From: Planctomycetota bacterium
Lineage (GTDB): Bacteria; Planctomycetota; Phycisphaerae; Phycisphaerales; SM1A02
Reading direction: 5' to 3'
Assembly: GCA_014381305.1 (NCBI GenBank)
Contig: JACNLW010000043.1
Coordinates: forward strand, 2,123 to 66,122
Length of the DNA stretch: 64,000 nucleotides
Shown here: one piece after another, positions 39,193 through 47,635 of the stretch
How the letters are laid out: every line of letters starts with the position of its first letter
Position numbering within the stretch: position 1 is the stretch's first letter
Notes under the pieces: model-generated
Told to the model about the DNA's origin: nothing
The model's database searches: none
What the model saw: the letters and a program-made list of their open reading frames with translations, nothing else
Program-made: the position numbers and the translations under genes

Positions 39193-39789
39193 ATGAACTT
39201 TGATTCACCATCCGAATCTCCAATTACCCCTGCACAGCAGTGGTTTGATGAGGCTGATGCTGCATTTGCCACTCCAAACCCGCTTGCAGTTGCATTGTCG
39301 ACAGTTGATTCGGAGGGCAAGCCATCGACAAGAATGGTGCTTTTGAAAGGTTTTGATGAAAAAGGGGCTGTTTTTTATACGAATTATGACAGCCCAAAAG
39401 CGTCAGATCTTGGAAAGAACACACACGCTGCGATGTTGTTTCATTGGGATGATAGCCAGCGGCAACTTCGAATTCGAGGAACGGTTACGAAAGTGAGCGA
39501 GGAAGAATCGGATGTGTATTTTGCAACAAGGCAAAAACTAAGCCAAGTTGGCGCATGGGCAAGTCACCAATCACAACCATTGAAAAGCCGAGCGGTGTTG
39601 ATGGCAAAGGTTGCGGCGCTGATGGCAAAGTGGGTTGGTCGCAGTGTGCCACGCCCCGAACATTGGGGAGGGTTCCGTGTTTCGCTTGACGAAATTGAAT
39701 TTTGGCAGGGGCACGACGGTCGCTTGCACGACCGCGTTCGATATACCTGTACTGACGGGGTGTGGTCATGGGAACGATTGCAACCGTAA
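39193..39789 (+). CDS. pdxH: pyridoxamine 5'-phosphate oxidase
   Basis: RMVLLKGFDEKGAVFYTNYDS.K, LRIRG, EFWQG and RLHDR are PdxH motifs. The ORF is 198 aa from ATG 39193. Confidence 0.93.
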   Translation: MNFDSPSESPITPAQQWFDEADAAFATPNPLAVALSTVDSEGKPSTRMVLLKGFDEKGAVFYTNYDSPKASDLGKNTHAAMLFHWDDSQRQLRIRGTVTKVSEEESDVYFATRQKLSQVGAWASHQSQPLKSRAVLMAKVAALMAKWVGRSVPRPEHWGGFRVSLDEIEFWQGHDGRLHDRVRYTCTDGVWSWERLQP

Positions 39790-39791
39790 AT

Positions 39792-39864
39792 AAACTCACC
39801 GGGGGTGAGTTTTTTCGGGGGGGGGGTGAATATTTTCGGGGGTGAGTTTTCGGGGGTGAGATTA
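39792..39864. repeat. palindrome copy followed by three tandem right-arm copies and a G10 run
   Basis: AAACTCACCGGGGGTGAGTTT lies at 39792-39812. It is followed by CGGGGGGGGGGGTGAATATTTT (G10 at 39817-26), CGGGGGTGAGTTTT (39837-39850) and CGGGGGTGAGATTA (39851-39864). Confidence 0.95.
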
Positions 39865-40572
39865 TTTCTTTGTTTTTTTTGCGATGTCTATAGTTGCTGA
39901 TCTAAGAGTATCTGCAAAGACACCAGCGAGCATTGCAAAGAGACCAATACCACAAAACATAAGCAACGCTGCAGTGAAACGACCCCCAACTGTTACTGGG
40001 TAATAGTCACCATACCCAACAGTTGACATCGTGACGATTGACCACCACAGAACATCGGCGGCGTTCGTTATATTTGCAGTGGGATCTTGTGATTCAAAAT
40101 GTAGCACAGAAAAACAAGAGCCAATGACCGCAATTTCTGCAATGAGAAATCCCAGCACTACAATTGTAGATCTTTTGTTTGAATGTACTGCAAGAAGGAT
40201 GGCGCGAATCGCTTTGATTGCGCGAATGCCTTGCACAATTCGGAAGACGTGCGGCCATTTCAGGGTATGAATAATGGGAGATGAAGCAAACCAAATTGCT
40301 GGAACAGATGCTAGCAAATCGATTGGACCCCACGTCACGAGATATTTTAATTTTGATTTTGCAGTAAAAAGTTTTCGCAGGAAATCCCAGAAAAACACAG
40401 CGCAAATTCCAATATCAAAGAAATCGATAAGTTCAACAGTACTTCCGCTTGGATCTAAAAACAGCCGCCATAGCAGAAGTGTTATGGAAAGAATGCCCGT
40501 AACAGCAACAAAGAGCCCAAATGATTGTTGGTTTATTATTACTGATTCAGTATTTATGGGTGTTTCGTGCAT
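39862..40572 (-). CDS. potassium channel (voltage-gated-like ion transport family)
   Basis: The TVGYGD selectivity filter, multiple TM helices and an S4-like region with spaced basic residues (RIVQGIRAIKAIRAI) are present. Confidence 0.88.
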   Translation of the reverse strand: MHETPINTESVIINQQSFGLFVAVTGILSITLLLWRLFLDPSGSTVELIDFFDIGICAVFFWDFLRKLFTAKSKLKYLVTWGPIDLLASVPAIWFASSPIIHTLKWPHVFRIVQGIRAIKAIRAILLAVHSNKRSTIVVLGFLIAEIAVIGSCFSVLHFESQDPTANITNAADVLWWSIVTMSTVGYGDYYPVTVGGRFTAALLMFCGIGLFAMLAGVFADTLRSATIDIAKKTKK

Positions 40573-40608
40573 GGTACGTTCTTAGTATATCCCATAGTTT
40601 TCGAAATT

Positions 40609-40646
40609 AAACTCACCGGGGGTGAGTTTATTCGGGGGTGAGTTTA
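40609..40646. repeat. palindrome copy plus one right-arm-only copy
   Basis: AAACTCACCGGGGGTGAGTTT lies at 40609-40629 and CGGGGGTGAGTTTA at 40633-40646. The latter contains the stop codon of the 40644..41285 gene. Confidence 0.95.
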
Positions 40647-41285
40647 TTCGGAAAGTCGACGGGCTTCGTTGATGAGATCATCTGGAAGGTCGGGCTCTGC
40701 AGGGAGCCGAGGTTTTGCGATTTTTTTTGATTTTGTTTTTGGTTTTTCTTCTGGGGTCGGAACTGTTTTTGGCTTAGGGATATCTACATGTTTGATTTCC
40801 TCGTGTAGGTCTGTCATGTCCTCGCTATCGAAACCAAACTCTTCTTTCCACGCTGCAGCTTTTTCCGGAGACAAGCCGGAGGGCTTGCGTACGATTTTTT
40901 TGTTTGGTCGTTGATGATCATCTGCAACTGCTTCAAGGAACTCAACTGACCCCAATTGTTGTGCACCTTTTGCACGGATGAATCGAATAATTTCTCGGTC
41001 GTTGGTTACAACAACAATTCGATTCGCAGTTGATGAAACAGCAACGCGATCCATGATTTCTTGATCCGCAGATTTGGTTCCACCGGTATATACAATCTCA
41101 ACATTTCGACCAGTTGCAGAACCACTATTTCCGGGAGTACCATCGCAAATGAGTGAGATTCGATCACTAGCCCAACGGCCTTTTGAGAGTAAATGAGCGA
41201 GTTCCCCGACCTCTAATCCAGCAAGATCGGGGGGCAAAACACCCATCTGGTGCAGCACATTCCACGTGTCGACGAGTAACTCCAT
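40644..41285 (-). CDS. NYN/YacP-like (DUF901-type) predicted ribonuclease
   Basis: Starting at the internal ATG 41285 gives MELLVDTWNVLH..., with ICDG and VVVTNDREI motifs typical of YacP-like NYN domains and a Lys/Pro-rich tail. The upstream 87 codons of the ORF look non-coding. Confidence 0.7.
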   Translation of the reverse strand: MELLVDTWNVLHQMGVLPPDLAGLEVGELAHLLSKGRWASDRISLICDGTPGNSGSATGRNVEIVYTGGTKSADQEIMDRVAVSSTANRIVVVTNDREIIRFIRAKGAQQLGSVEFLEAVADDHQRPNKKIVRKPSGLSPEKAAAWKEEFGFDSEDMTDLHEEIKHVDIPKPKTVPTPEEKPKTKSKKIAKPRLPAEPDLPDDLINEARRLSE

Positions 41286-41363
41286 AGTAGAGGCAGAATA
41301 TCGCCTATTCAGAATCTTGCAAGTGGTTGAAAACAAAAGAGTTAGCAATAACACCTCTCCCCC

Positions 41364-41392
41364 TTGCAATGGTGCCAACAATACATGATAAT
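41364..41392 (+). promoter_or_regulatory. sigma-70-like promoter candidate for rpsU
   Basis: TTGCAA (41364-41369), a 17-nt spacer and GATAAT (41387-41392) lie about 44 nt upstream of the rpsU ATG. AAGGAAGG sits before the start codon. Confidence 0.4.
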
Positions 41393-41435
41393 ACGTGGCT
41401 CTCAATACTTGATTTAAAGGAAGGTTTAGGAACTT

Positions 41436-41714
41436 ATGGCAATACGAATTAAAGCACGGCAAAATGAATCTGCGAGTCAGATGCTCCGCCGCTTCAAAAA
41501 ACTTTGTGAAAAAGAAAATCTGATCAAAGATGTGAAGAAGCGTCAATATTTTGAAAAACCATCGGAACGCAAGCGCCGCGCTAAGAGACGAACTGAATCA
41601 CGGATCCAACGTGAATTGCACCCTGAACTTCAACGCACACCTCCAAAAGCAGCTCGTGGCGCTAGCGGCACTGGTGGTGGCACTGGTGGCGGCGGTGGTC
41701 GAGGGCGTTCATAA
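41436..41714 (+). CDS. rpsU: 30S ribosomal protein S21 (with Gly-rich C-terminal extension)
   Basis: MAIRIKARQNESASQMLRRFKKLCEKENLIKDVKKRQYFEKPSERKRR matches S21. An extra tail, ...GASGTGGGTGGGGGRGRS, follows. Confidence 0.93.
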   Translation: MAIRIKARQNESASQMLRRFKKLCEKENLIKDVKKRQYFEKPSERKRRAKRRTESRIQRELHPELQRTPPKAARGASGTGGGTGGGGGRGRS

Positions 41715-41763
41715 GCACATGCAGTGCTTACGCCAAACAAAAAACTAGAACACGAACAGTACG

Positions 41764-41798
41764 CGCCGAGTGCAACGCATCTCGGCGATTTAATTTTT
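41764..41798 (+). terminator. rho-independent terminator candidate after rpsU
   Basis: CGCCGAG (41764-70) pairs with CTCGGCG (41781-87) around a 10-nt loop, followed by ATTTAATTTTT. Confidence 0.55.
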
Positions 41799-41885
41799 CA
41801 GAGAGCGTGTGATTACCGAAATCGCACTTAGGCAGAAACGAAGTAACGCCCACGTCGGGCAAACTCAAATTAGGAGACGAACAAC

Positions 41886-44444
41886 ATGAACTTTCTCATG
41901 CTTGCTCAAGAAACAACAGCATCAGATCCATCAGCTTTATCAGATCCATGGATGCTGTATTACCTGGCACCAGTTGGTGCAATCGTTGCACTTATCATGG
42001 CTTTCATCTTCAGTAGAGGTGTGATGGCGCAAAGTGAAGGTGAACCAGAGATGATCAAAATCGCTGAGCACGTTCGTGCTGGCGCAATGGCATATCTCAA
42101 GCGTCAATACAAAGTTGTGTTTGTCGTCTTTATTGTTCTCATCGCGATTCTTGCAGCCCTTGGTTTTGCAGGGATTCAGCCAGTCTGGTCAGCAGTTGGT
42201 GTTCCAATCGCTGGGTTGTTCTCAGGTTTATGTGGTTGGTTCGGCATGAAAATGGCGACAAACGCATCTGCCCGTACAACATGGGCCGCGAAACAATCAT
42301 TGAACGCAGGTCTTAAAGTTGCATTCCGATCGGGTGCAGTCATGGGACTCATTGTTGTTGGTTTTGCACTCCTTGATACATCAGTTTGGTTCTACGTTTG
42401 GAACAAATTGATGCCGGGTAAAGAGCTCGTTGAAATTACATCAATCATGCTGACATTCGGCATGGGTGCTTCAACACAGGCATTGTTTGCTCGTGTTGGT
42501 GGTGGTGTTTATACGAAAGCTGCTGACGTTGGCGCTGACCTCGTTGGTAAGGTTGAAGCAGGAATTCCTGAAGATGATCCACGAAACCCAGCAACTATTG
42601 CTGACAATGTTGGTGACAATGTAGGCGATGTCGCTGGCATGGGTGCTGACCTGTACGAAAGTTATTACGGTTCGATACTCGCAACAATGGCACTTGGTGC
42701 TGCTGCTGCGATGGGCATGCAGAATACTGAACTCGGTTTCCGATTGGCAATTGCTCCAATGGCGCTTGCTGGGCTTGGCATTTTCTGTTCCCTCGTTGGA
42801 GTCTTCGTTGTTCGAGCAAAAGAAAACGCGAGCTTCAGCGAACTTCTAAAAGGTTTGCACAAAGGTGTGTACGTTGCATCGTTTTTGATTGCAGTTCTTT
42901 GTGGTGGATTGTTCTACTACTTATTCAATGGAACAGACATTTGGTGGGCGGGTCCATGGCTCTCAATTATCACCGGCCTTGTAGCGGGTCTTGTGATTGC
43001 GTATGCAACGGAGTATTACACTTCATACGAGCACGCTCCAACGCAGCGAATTGCGAAACAAACTGAAACTGGTGCTGCAACAGTGATCATTTCAGGTATT
43101 GCTGAAGGCATGATTTCAACATGGGCGCCATTGATCGTGATTGTTGTTGCGATCATTTCTGCATTTAGTTTTGCAGGCGGCAACGACAACTTCCTACTCG
43201 GTCTTTATGGCGTAGGCATTGCTGCTGTTGGGATGTTGAGTACGCTCGGTATCACACTTGCAACTGATGCGTATGGTCCAATCGCTGACAACGCGGGCGG
43301 CAACGCTGAAATGACTGGTCAACCACCAATCGTTCGCGAACGCACAGACATGCTTGATTCACTTGGTAACACAACTGCTGCTACAGGTAAAGGTTTTGCA
43401 ATCGGTTCAGCCGCATTGACAGCACTCGCACTCTTAGCTGCATACGTTTCAGTTGTTCAGACAAGTCTTGACAAGAAGATTGCTCATGATGTTGCCGCAG
43501 TAATGGCAGCCGATACGACCAATGACGCAATCAAATATCTTGGGAATGGCGAAATTATTGGTGTGAATGATGGTGTTGCATTCGGCGGACTTATGTTGTC
43601 TAACAATGCAGTTAGAACTCAGTTTGAAGCTGCACCAAATGCGTACGAAACCCTTGAAGCTGATTTAAACTGGAGCGAAATTGATAACGCTCACGCTGTG
43701 CAGGTCAAGGTGGGTGATCACCAAATGGCATTTACAATTGCACCAACGAAGAGTGCAACAATTAAGCAATTATTGACGTACTACGATGTTTCAATTATGA
43801 ATCCAAAAGTTCTTGGCGGAATTTTCTTGGGCGTGATGCTTGCATTTGTATTCTGTGCTTTGACAATGAACGCCGTTGGTCGAGCAGCATACGAAATGAT
43901 GAACGAATGCCGCCGCCAATTTGGTGTGATGAAGAAAGCGTTTAAAGCAAACGGCATGAGCGATGATGAAATTTCTGATCCGATGAATTGGCCAAAAGAG
44001 CAAACGATGGTTGATGGTACTGCGTATCCTGACTATGGCAGTTGTGTTGATATTTCAACAGCGAGTGCACAAAGAGAAATGGTTTTACCAGCGATCCTTG
44101 CGATCGGAGTACCAATTGTTGTCGGGCTTCTTCTTGGGGTTGGCGGCGTAATGGGACTACTCGTTGGTGGTTTGACAAGTGGATTTGCTGTTGCAATCTT
44201 CATGGCAAACGCTGGCGGTGCTTGGGATAACGCGAAGAAGTACATTGAATCAGGGATGCATGGCGGTAAGGGATCTGACGCACACAAAGCAAGTGTTGTT
44301 GGTGATACTGTTGGCGATCCATTTAAAGATACATCTGGTCCTGCGTTGAACATTTTGATTAAACTGATCGCAATTGTGTCAGTTGTGTTTGCTGGTCTTG
44401 TAGTGAACTTTGGGCCAGTAGTTGCTGGGGCATTGGGACTGTAA
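41886..44444 (+). CDS. hppA: membrane-bound pyrophosphate-energised cation pump (K+-dependent-type H+/Na+-PPase)
   Basis: GDNVGDVAGMGADLYESY, DAYGPIADNAGG and GDTVGDPFKDTSGPALN are PPase motifs. GNTTAATGKG has Ala at the position that is Lys in K+-independent enzymes. The protein is 852 aa with a long insertion (see findings). Confidence 0.95.
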   Translation: MNFLMLAQETTASDPSALSDPWMLYYLAPVGAIVALIMAFIFSRGVMAQSEGEPEMIKIAEHVRAGAMAYLKRQYKVVFVVFIVLIAILAALGFAGIQPVWSAVGVPIAGLFSGLCGWFGMKMATNASARTTWAAKQSLNAGLKVAFRSGAVMGLIVVGFALLDTSVWFYVWNKLMPGKELVEITSIMLTFGMGASTQALFARVGGGVYTKAADVGADLVGKVEAGIPEDDPRNPATIADNVGDNVGDVAGMGADLYESYYGSILATMALGAAAAMGMQNTELGFRLAIAPMALAGLGIFCSLVGVFVVRAKENASFSELLKGLHKGVYVASFLIAVLCGGLFYYLFNGTDIWWAGPWLSIITGLVAGLVIAYATEYYTSYEHAPTQRIAKQTETGAATVIISGIAEGMISTWAPLIVIVVAIISAFSFAGGNDNFLLGLYGVGIAAVGMLSTLGITLATDAYGPIADNAGGNAEMTGQPPIVRERTDMLDSLGNTTAATGKGFAIGSAALTALALLAAYVSVVQTSLDKKIAHDVAAVMAADTTNDAIKYLGNGEIIGVNDGVAFGGLMLSNNAVRTQFEAAPNAYETLEADLNWSEIDNAHAVQVKVGDHQMAFTIAPTKSATIKQLLTYYDVSIMNPKVLGGIFLGVMLAFVFCALTMNAVGRAAYEMMNECRRQFGVMKKAFKANGMSDDEISDPMNWPKEQTMVDGTAYPDYGSCVDISTASAQREMVLPAILAIGVPIVVGLLLGVGGVMGLLVGGLTSGFAVAIFMANAGGAWDNAKKYIESGMHGGKGSDAHKASVVGDTVGDPFKDTSGPALNILIKLIAIVSVVFAGLVVNFGPVVAGALGL

Positions 44445-44837
44445 GTGTCACAACAGAAGTTAGAAATTCAAACGGCTGCTGCCGCTGCATTCGCAGCGTC
44501 AGCAGCCCGTTTACTTATTGACCGACACTGTGATGATGTTGTTTTACTTGATGTGTCAACTGTCAGTCAAGTGTGCGATTTTGTGTTGATCGGTACAGGT
44601 ACCAGTGACCGACAAATGAAGTCGGTTGCCAGCGAGCTTGTTGATCTTGGCAAGGAAGCGGGTCTGCCCGCGTTCAGAAAGAGCGTTGACACGGGTGCAA
44701 CGTGGATTGTGACGGATTTTGTAACGGTTGTGGCACACCTATTTGAACCGCAGCTTCGGGCATACTATGATCTTGAGGATCTTTGGGCAGACGCACGGCG
44801 CGTCGAGATAGAATCCAGCCCAGAGCAACCCCAGTAA
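44445..44837 (+). CDS. rsfS: ribosome silencing factor RsfS
   Basis: DVVLLDVSTVSQVCDFVLIGTGTSDRQMKSVA and VVAHLFEPQLRAYYDLEDLW are typical RsfS/IojAP motifs. The GTG start abuts the hppA stop. Confidence 0.88.
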   Translation: MSQQKLEIQTAAAAAFAASAARLLIDRHCDDVVLLDVSTVSQVCDFVLIGTGTSDRQMKSVASELVDLGKEAGLPAFRKSVDTGATWIVTDFVTVVAHLFEPQLRAYYDLEDLWADARRVEIESSPEQPQ

Positions 44838-44844
44838 GGAGACA

Positions 44845-46266
44845 GTGATGTTGAAAAAATGTGTTAGCCAAATGATGATCTGGCTGTTGATGATTTCGTG
44901 CGCAGCGTTCGCAGGTGATGAATTGAGGATTTATTCGGGCGCGATCGAAGTGCCAACACTTGGCCCACTAGAGATGTCACTTGGTGTGAGCGAAACCGAT
45001 GAAGGAACATTCATTTATATGACAGTTCCCACCCAAGGCGCAACAGATATCCCAATTGAAGCAACCTACAACAAGGATGCGCACCTTGTCGCAGAGCTTG
45101 CGCAAGCTGGTCTTGTGTTTACTGTAAAAGAAAACGACAACTTCACAATGCTACAAGGTCAAATGGATCAGGGAGGAATGTCATTCCCAATCGATTTCGT
45201 CCGCGTTGATGTAGCACCCGAACTTGTACGAACGCAGATGCCCGTTGGGCCGTTTCCATACTCGACGACTGAGATTACAGCACTACACCCTGATGGGCAT
45301 ACACTTGCAGGAACACTCACTGTTCCAAACGGAGAGGGGCCCTTCGCGTGCGCCGTGATGATTACTGGTTCTGGCCTGCAAGATCGTGACGAAACACTTA
45401 TGGGGCATAAGCCATTCTTGGTGATTGCAGATTACCTCACACGTGAAGGGATCGCTGTGCTGCGATTCGATGATCGCGGCGTTGGTGGTTCGGTTGTTGA
45501 AGATATGGAAACACTTAAAGATGCAACCTCGGTAGATTTTGCTACAGATGTAAAGGTCATGGTTGAGGCAGCACGATGGCAACCAAACATCGATCCATTT
45601 CGAGTTGGCGTCATCGGACACAGTGAGGGTGGCATCATTGGTCCGCTCGTTGCTCTTGATGATGAAAAACTAGCGTTTGTTGTAATGCTTGCTGGCCCCG
45701 GTGTTCCAGGATATGAACTCATGCCGGTACAAGCAGCGATGCTTATGGAAGCAACCGGCACAGACCAAGAGATTATCGACAGGGTTGTGAACGCTTCGAT
45801 GAACATCTACGAGTTGTACGAGTCAGATGCAAACGCGTTAGAAATTCGAGCATCGATGATGGAACTTGTCGATATGCAACTTCAATCACAAGGAATGACA
45901 GTCACACCTGTTGAATTCAATGAAATGACTGATGGCGGGTTAGCACAATTTGAAACACCGTGGTTTCAATGGTTCCTGTTTTATGATCCTGCTCCAGTGC
46001 TTGCGCAAGTGACGTGCCCAGTGCTTGCGATGAACGGAACGTTGGACACGCAAGTTTCATCTTCGCAAAATTTGCCCGCGATTGAAAAAACAATTACAAA
46101 TGCAGGCGGACAAATTACAGTAGTCGAGTTTGATGGTCTGAATCATTTATTCCAGCGAGCAACTACTGGCGGAATCGCAGAGTATGGGCAAATCGAAACC
46201 ACCTTTGAGCCCGAAGCGCTCGAGGCGATGGGTGTATGGCTTGCAGAGATTACAGATTATGACTAA
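44845..46266 (+). CDS. secreted alpha/beta hydrolase
   Basis: The protein has a signal peptide and the GHSEGG nucleophile elbow (GxSxG). It is 473 aa. Confidence 0.8.
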   Translation: MMLKKCVSQMMIWLLMISCAAFAGDELRIYSGAIEVPTLGPLEMSLGVSETDEGTFIYMTVPTQGATDIPIEATYNKDAHLVAELAQAGLVFTVKENDNFTMLQGQMDQGGMSFPIDFVRVDVAPELVRTQMPVGPFPYSTTEITALHPDGHTLAGTLTVPNGEGPFACAVMITGSGLQDRDETLMGHKPFLVIADYLTREGIAVLRFDDRGVGGSVVEDMETLKDATSVDFATDVKVMVEAARWQPNIDPFRVGVIGHSEGGIIGPLVALDDEKLAFVVMLAGPGVPGYELMPVQAAMLMEATGTDQEIIDRVVNASMNIYELYESDANALEIRASMMELVDMQLQSQGMTVTPVEFNEMTDGGLAQFETPWFQWFLFYDPAPVLAQVTCPVLAMNGTLDTQVSSSQNLPAIEKTITNAGGQITVVEFDGLNHLFQRATTGGIAEYGQIETTFEPEALEAMGVWLAEITDYD

Positions 46267-46618
46267 TCAGAACACGATCAATGATCTTGTATTCACTGGT
46301 TTTAACAAACAAGTGATTGCACTTGATCGTTACTCAGGGAAAACTGTCTGGGATTGGAAAGCTACAAAAGGTTCGGGATACGCTGCGATTTTGCTTGATG
46401 GCGATCGACTTGTGGTTTCAGTTCGAGGATATGTGTATTGCCTCGACCCGTTGACGGGAAAGCAGGTTTGGGAAAATGAACTGAAGGGATATGGAACAGG
46501 AATACCTTCGGTTGTTTCGGTTCGTGGCAGTTCACTTGGTGGTCCAGCAGCGCAATCTGCGGCAGATGCACAACAGGCTGCTGCTGCAAGTGGCGGCGCA
46601 GGTGTGGCTGGCGCGTGA
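46259..46618 (+). CDS. small PQQ-like beta-propeller repeat protein (119 aa)
   Basis: Two PQQ/BamB-like blades are present (VIALDRYSGKTVWDW, VYCLDPLTGKQVWEN). It overlaps the upstream gene by 8 nt and shares a GTGA overlap with trmB. Confidence 0.6.
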   Translation: MTNQNTINDLVFTGFNKQVIALDRYSGKTVWDWKATKGSGYAAILLDGDRLVVSVRGYVYCLDPLTGKQVWENELKGYGTGIPSVVSVRGSSLGGPAAQSAADAQQAAAASGGAGVAGA

Positions 46619-47268
46619 GTTTCGGATTATCAAGAGGCAGAACGTTTGACGTTGGCGAGGTTGGCATCGACATGCGTGAACTGCCGCCTGCTGATGAAGG
46701 TCGCATCGACCCCAGAAATTGGTTTGGTGACAAATCTAATCCACTTGAAATTGAAATCGGTTCTGGAAAGGGCACGTTTCTTCTCCAACAATCAGAATTG
46801 CAACCAGAGACGAACTTTCTAGGATTTGAATGGGCGGCAGAGTTTTATCGGTACGGAGCGGATCGTTTGCACCGTAATGGTCGCAAGTGCGTTCGCATGG
46901 TGTACGGAGATGCCACCGAGTTTTTAAAATATTGGTGTGAGGACCGCGTTGCAGAAGTGATCCATTTGTACTTCAGTGACCCATGGCCGAAGAAGCGGCA
47001 CAATAAACGGCGGGTTGTTCAAGATGACACGTTGCAAACATTTCACCGCGTTCTAAAACTTGGAGGCGAACTTCGAATTGTGACCGATCATGATGATTTA
47101 TGGTCGTGGTGTGAAGCGCACATCAAAAAGCAATCGGAGTTGTTTCAACGCACTTCATTTGAAGGCGTTGATTCTGCCTTAGAAGGTGAACTGACTGGAA
47201 CTAATTTTGAGCGTAAGTACCGCCGTGAAGGGCGACCATTTCACGCAATGACACTGAGGAAAATATAA
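46615..47268 (+). CDS. trmB: tRNA (guanine46-N7)-methyltransferase
   Basis: LEIEIGSGKGTFL (SAM motif) and FSDPWPKKRHNKRR are the TrmB signature. Confidence 0.93.
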   Translation: MSFGLSRGRTFDVGEVGIDMRELPPADEGRIDPRNWFGDKSNPLEIEIGSGKGTFLLQQSELQPETNFLGFEWAAEFYRYGADRLHRNGRKCVRMVYGDATEFLKYWCEDRVAEVIHLYFSDPWPKKRHNKRRVVQDDTLQTFHRVLKLGGELRIVTDHDDLWSWCEAHIKKQSELFQRTSFEGVDSALEGELTGTNFERKYRREGRPFHAMTLRKI

Positions 47269-47269
47269 A

Positions 47270-47614
47270 ATGCACCGCGCAGGTATCAATGAAAACGATG
47301 TACAACCAGAGGACATCCTCTGTGACTATTGCCAGCGAGCCGCATGGAGTCTCGGAGACCCTTGTATCGAAGGGCATCGTGGCAGTATTGTGTGTGGATC
47401 ATGCTTGACGCAGGCGTTTACGGATATTGTCCTTGGTGACAAGGGTGAACCAGTACATTGGAAGTGCAGGATGTGCCTTGAATTGCGAGACCAACTCTCG
47501 TGGCACAGTAAAATCGACCCAGAGGCAACTATTTGTCTTCGATGTATCAAACAATCAGCAACAGCCCTAGAGAAGTCTAAACATTGGGAATGGTCGCGAC
47601 CCACAGGTGGATAG
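47270..47614 (+). CDS. hypothetical protein with two C4 (ClpX-type-like) zinc-finger modules
   Basis: Two modules fit C-x2-C-x19-20-C-x2-C spacing: CDYC...20 aa...CGSC and CRMC...19 aa...CLRC. Confidence 0.6.
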   Translation: MHRAGINENDVQPEDILCDYCQRAAWSLGDPCIEGHRGSIVCGSCLTQAFTDIVLGDKGEPVHWKCRMCLELRDQLSWHSKIDPEATICLRCIKQSATALEKSKHWEWSRPTGG

Positions 47615-47635
47615 TGGGGGTGTATCTTGGGTGGT

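Noticed and set aside
39817-39826. G10 homopolymer as a phase-variation switch
   Set aside because: It is intergenic between two convergent 3' ends, so it cannot shift a reading frame or a promoter spacer. It is retained only as part of the repeat description.
40644-41546. Full 300-aa ORF call for the NYN-like gene
   Set aside because: The first 87 codons (MTLLHIFDQIFFFTKFF...) are Phe/Leu/Cys-rich, overlap the rpsU promoter region and rpsU 5' end on the other strand, and precede the conserved MELLVDTWNVLH N-terminus. The internal start at 41285 is used instead.
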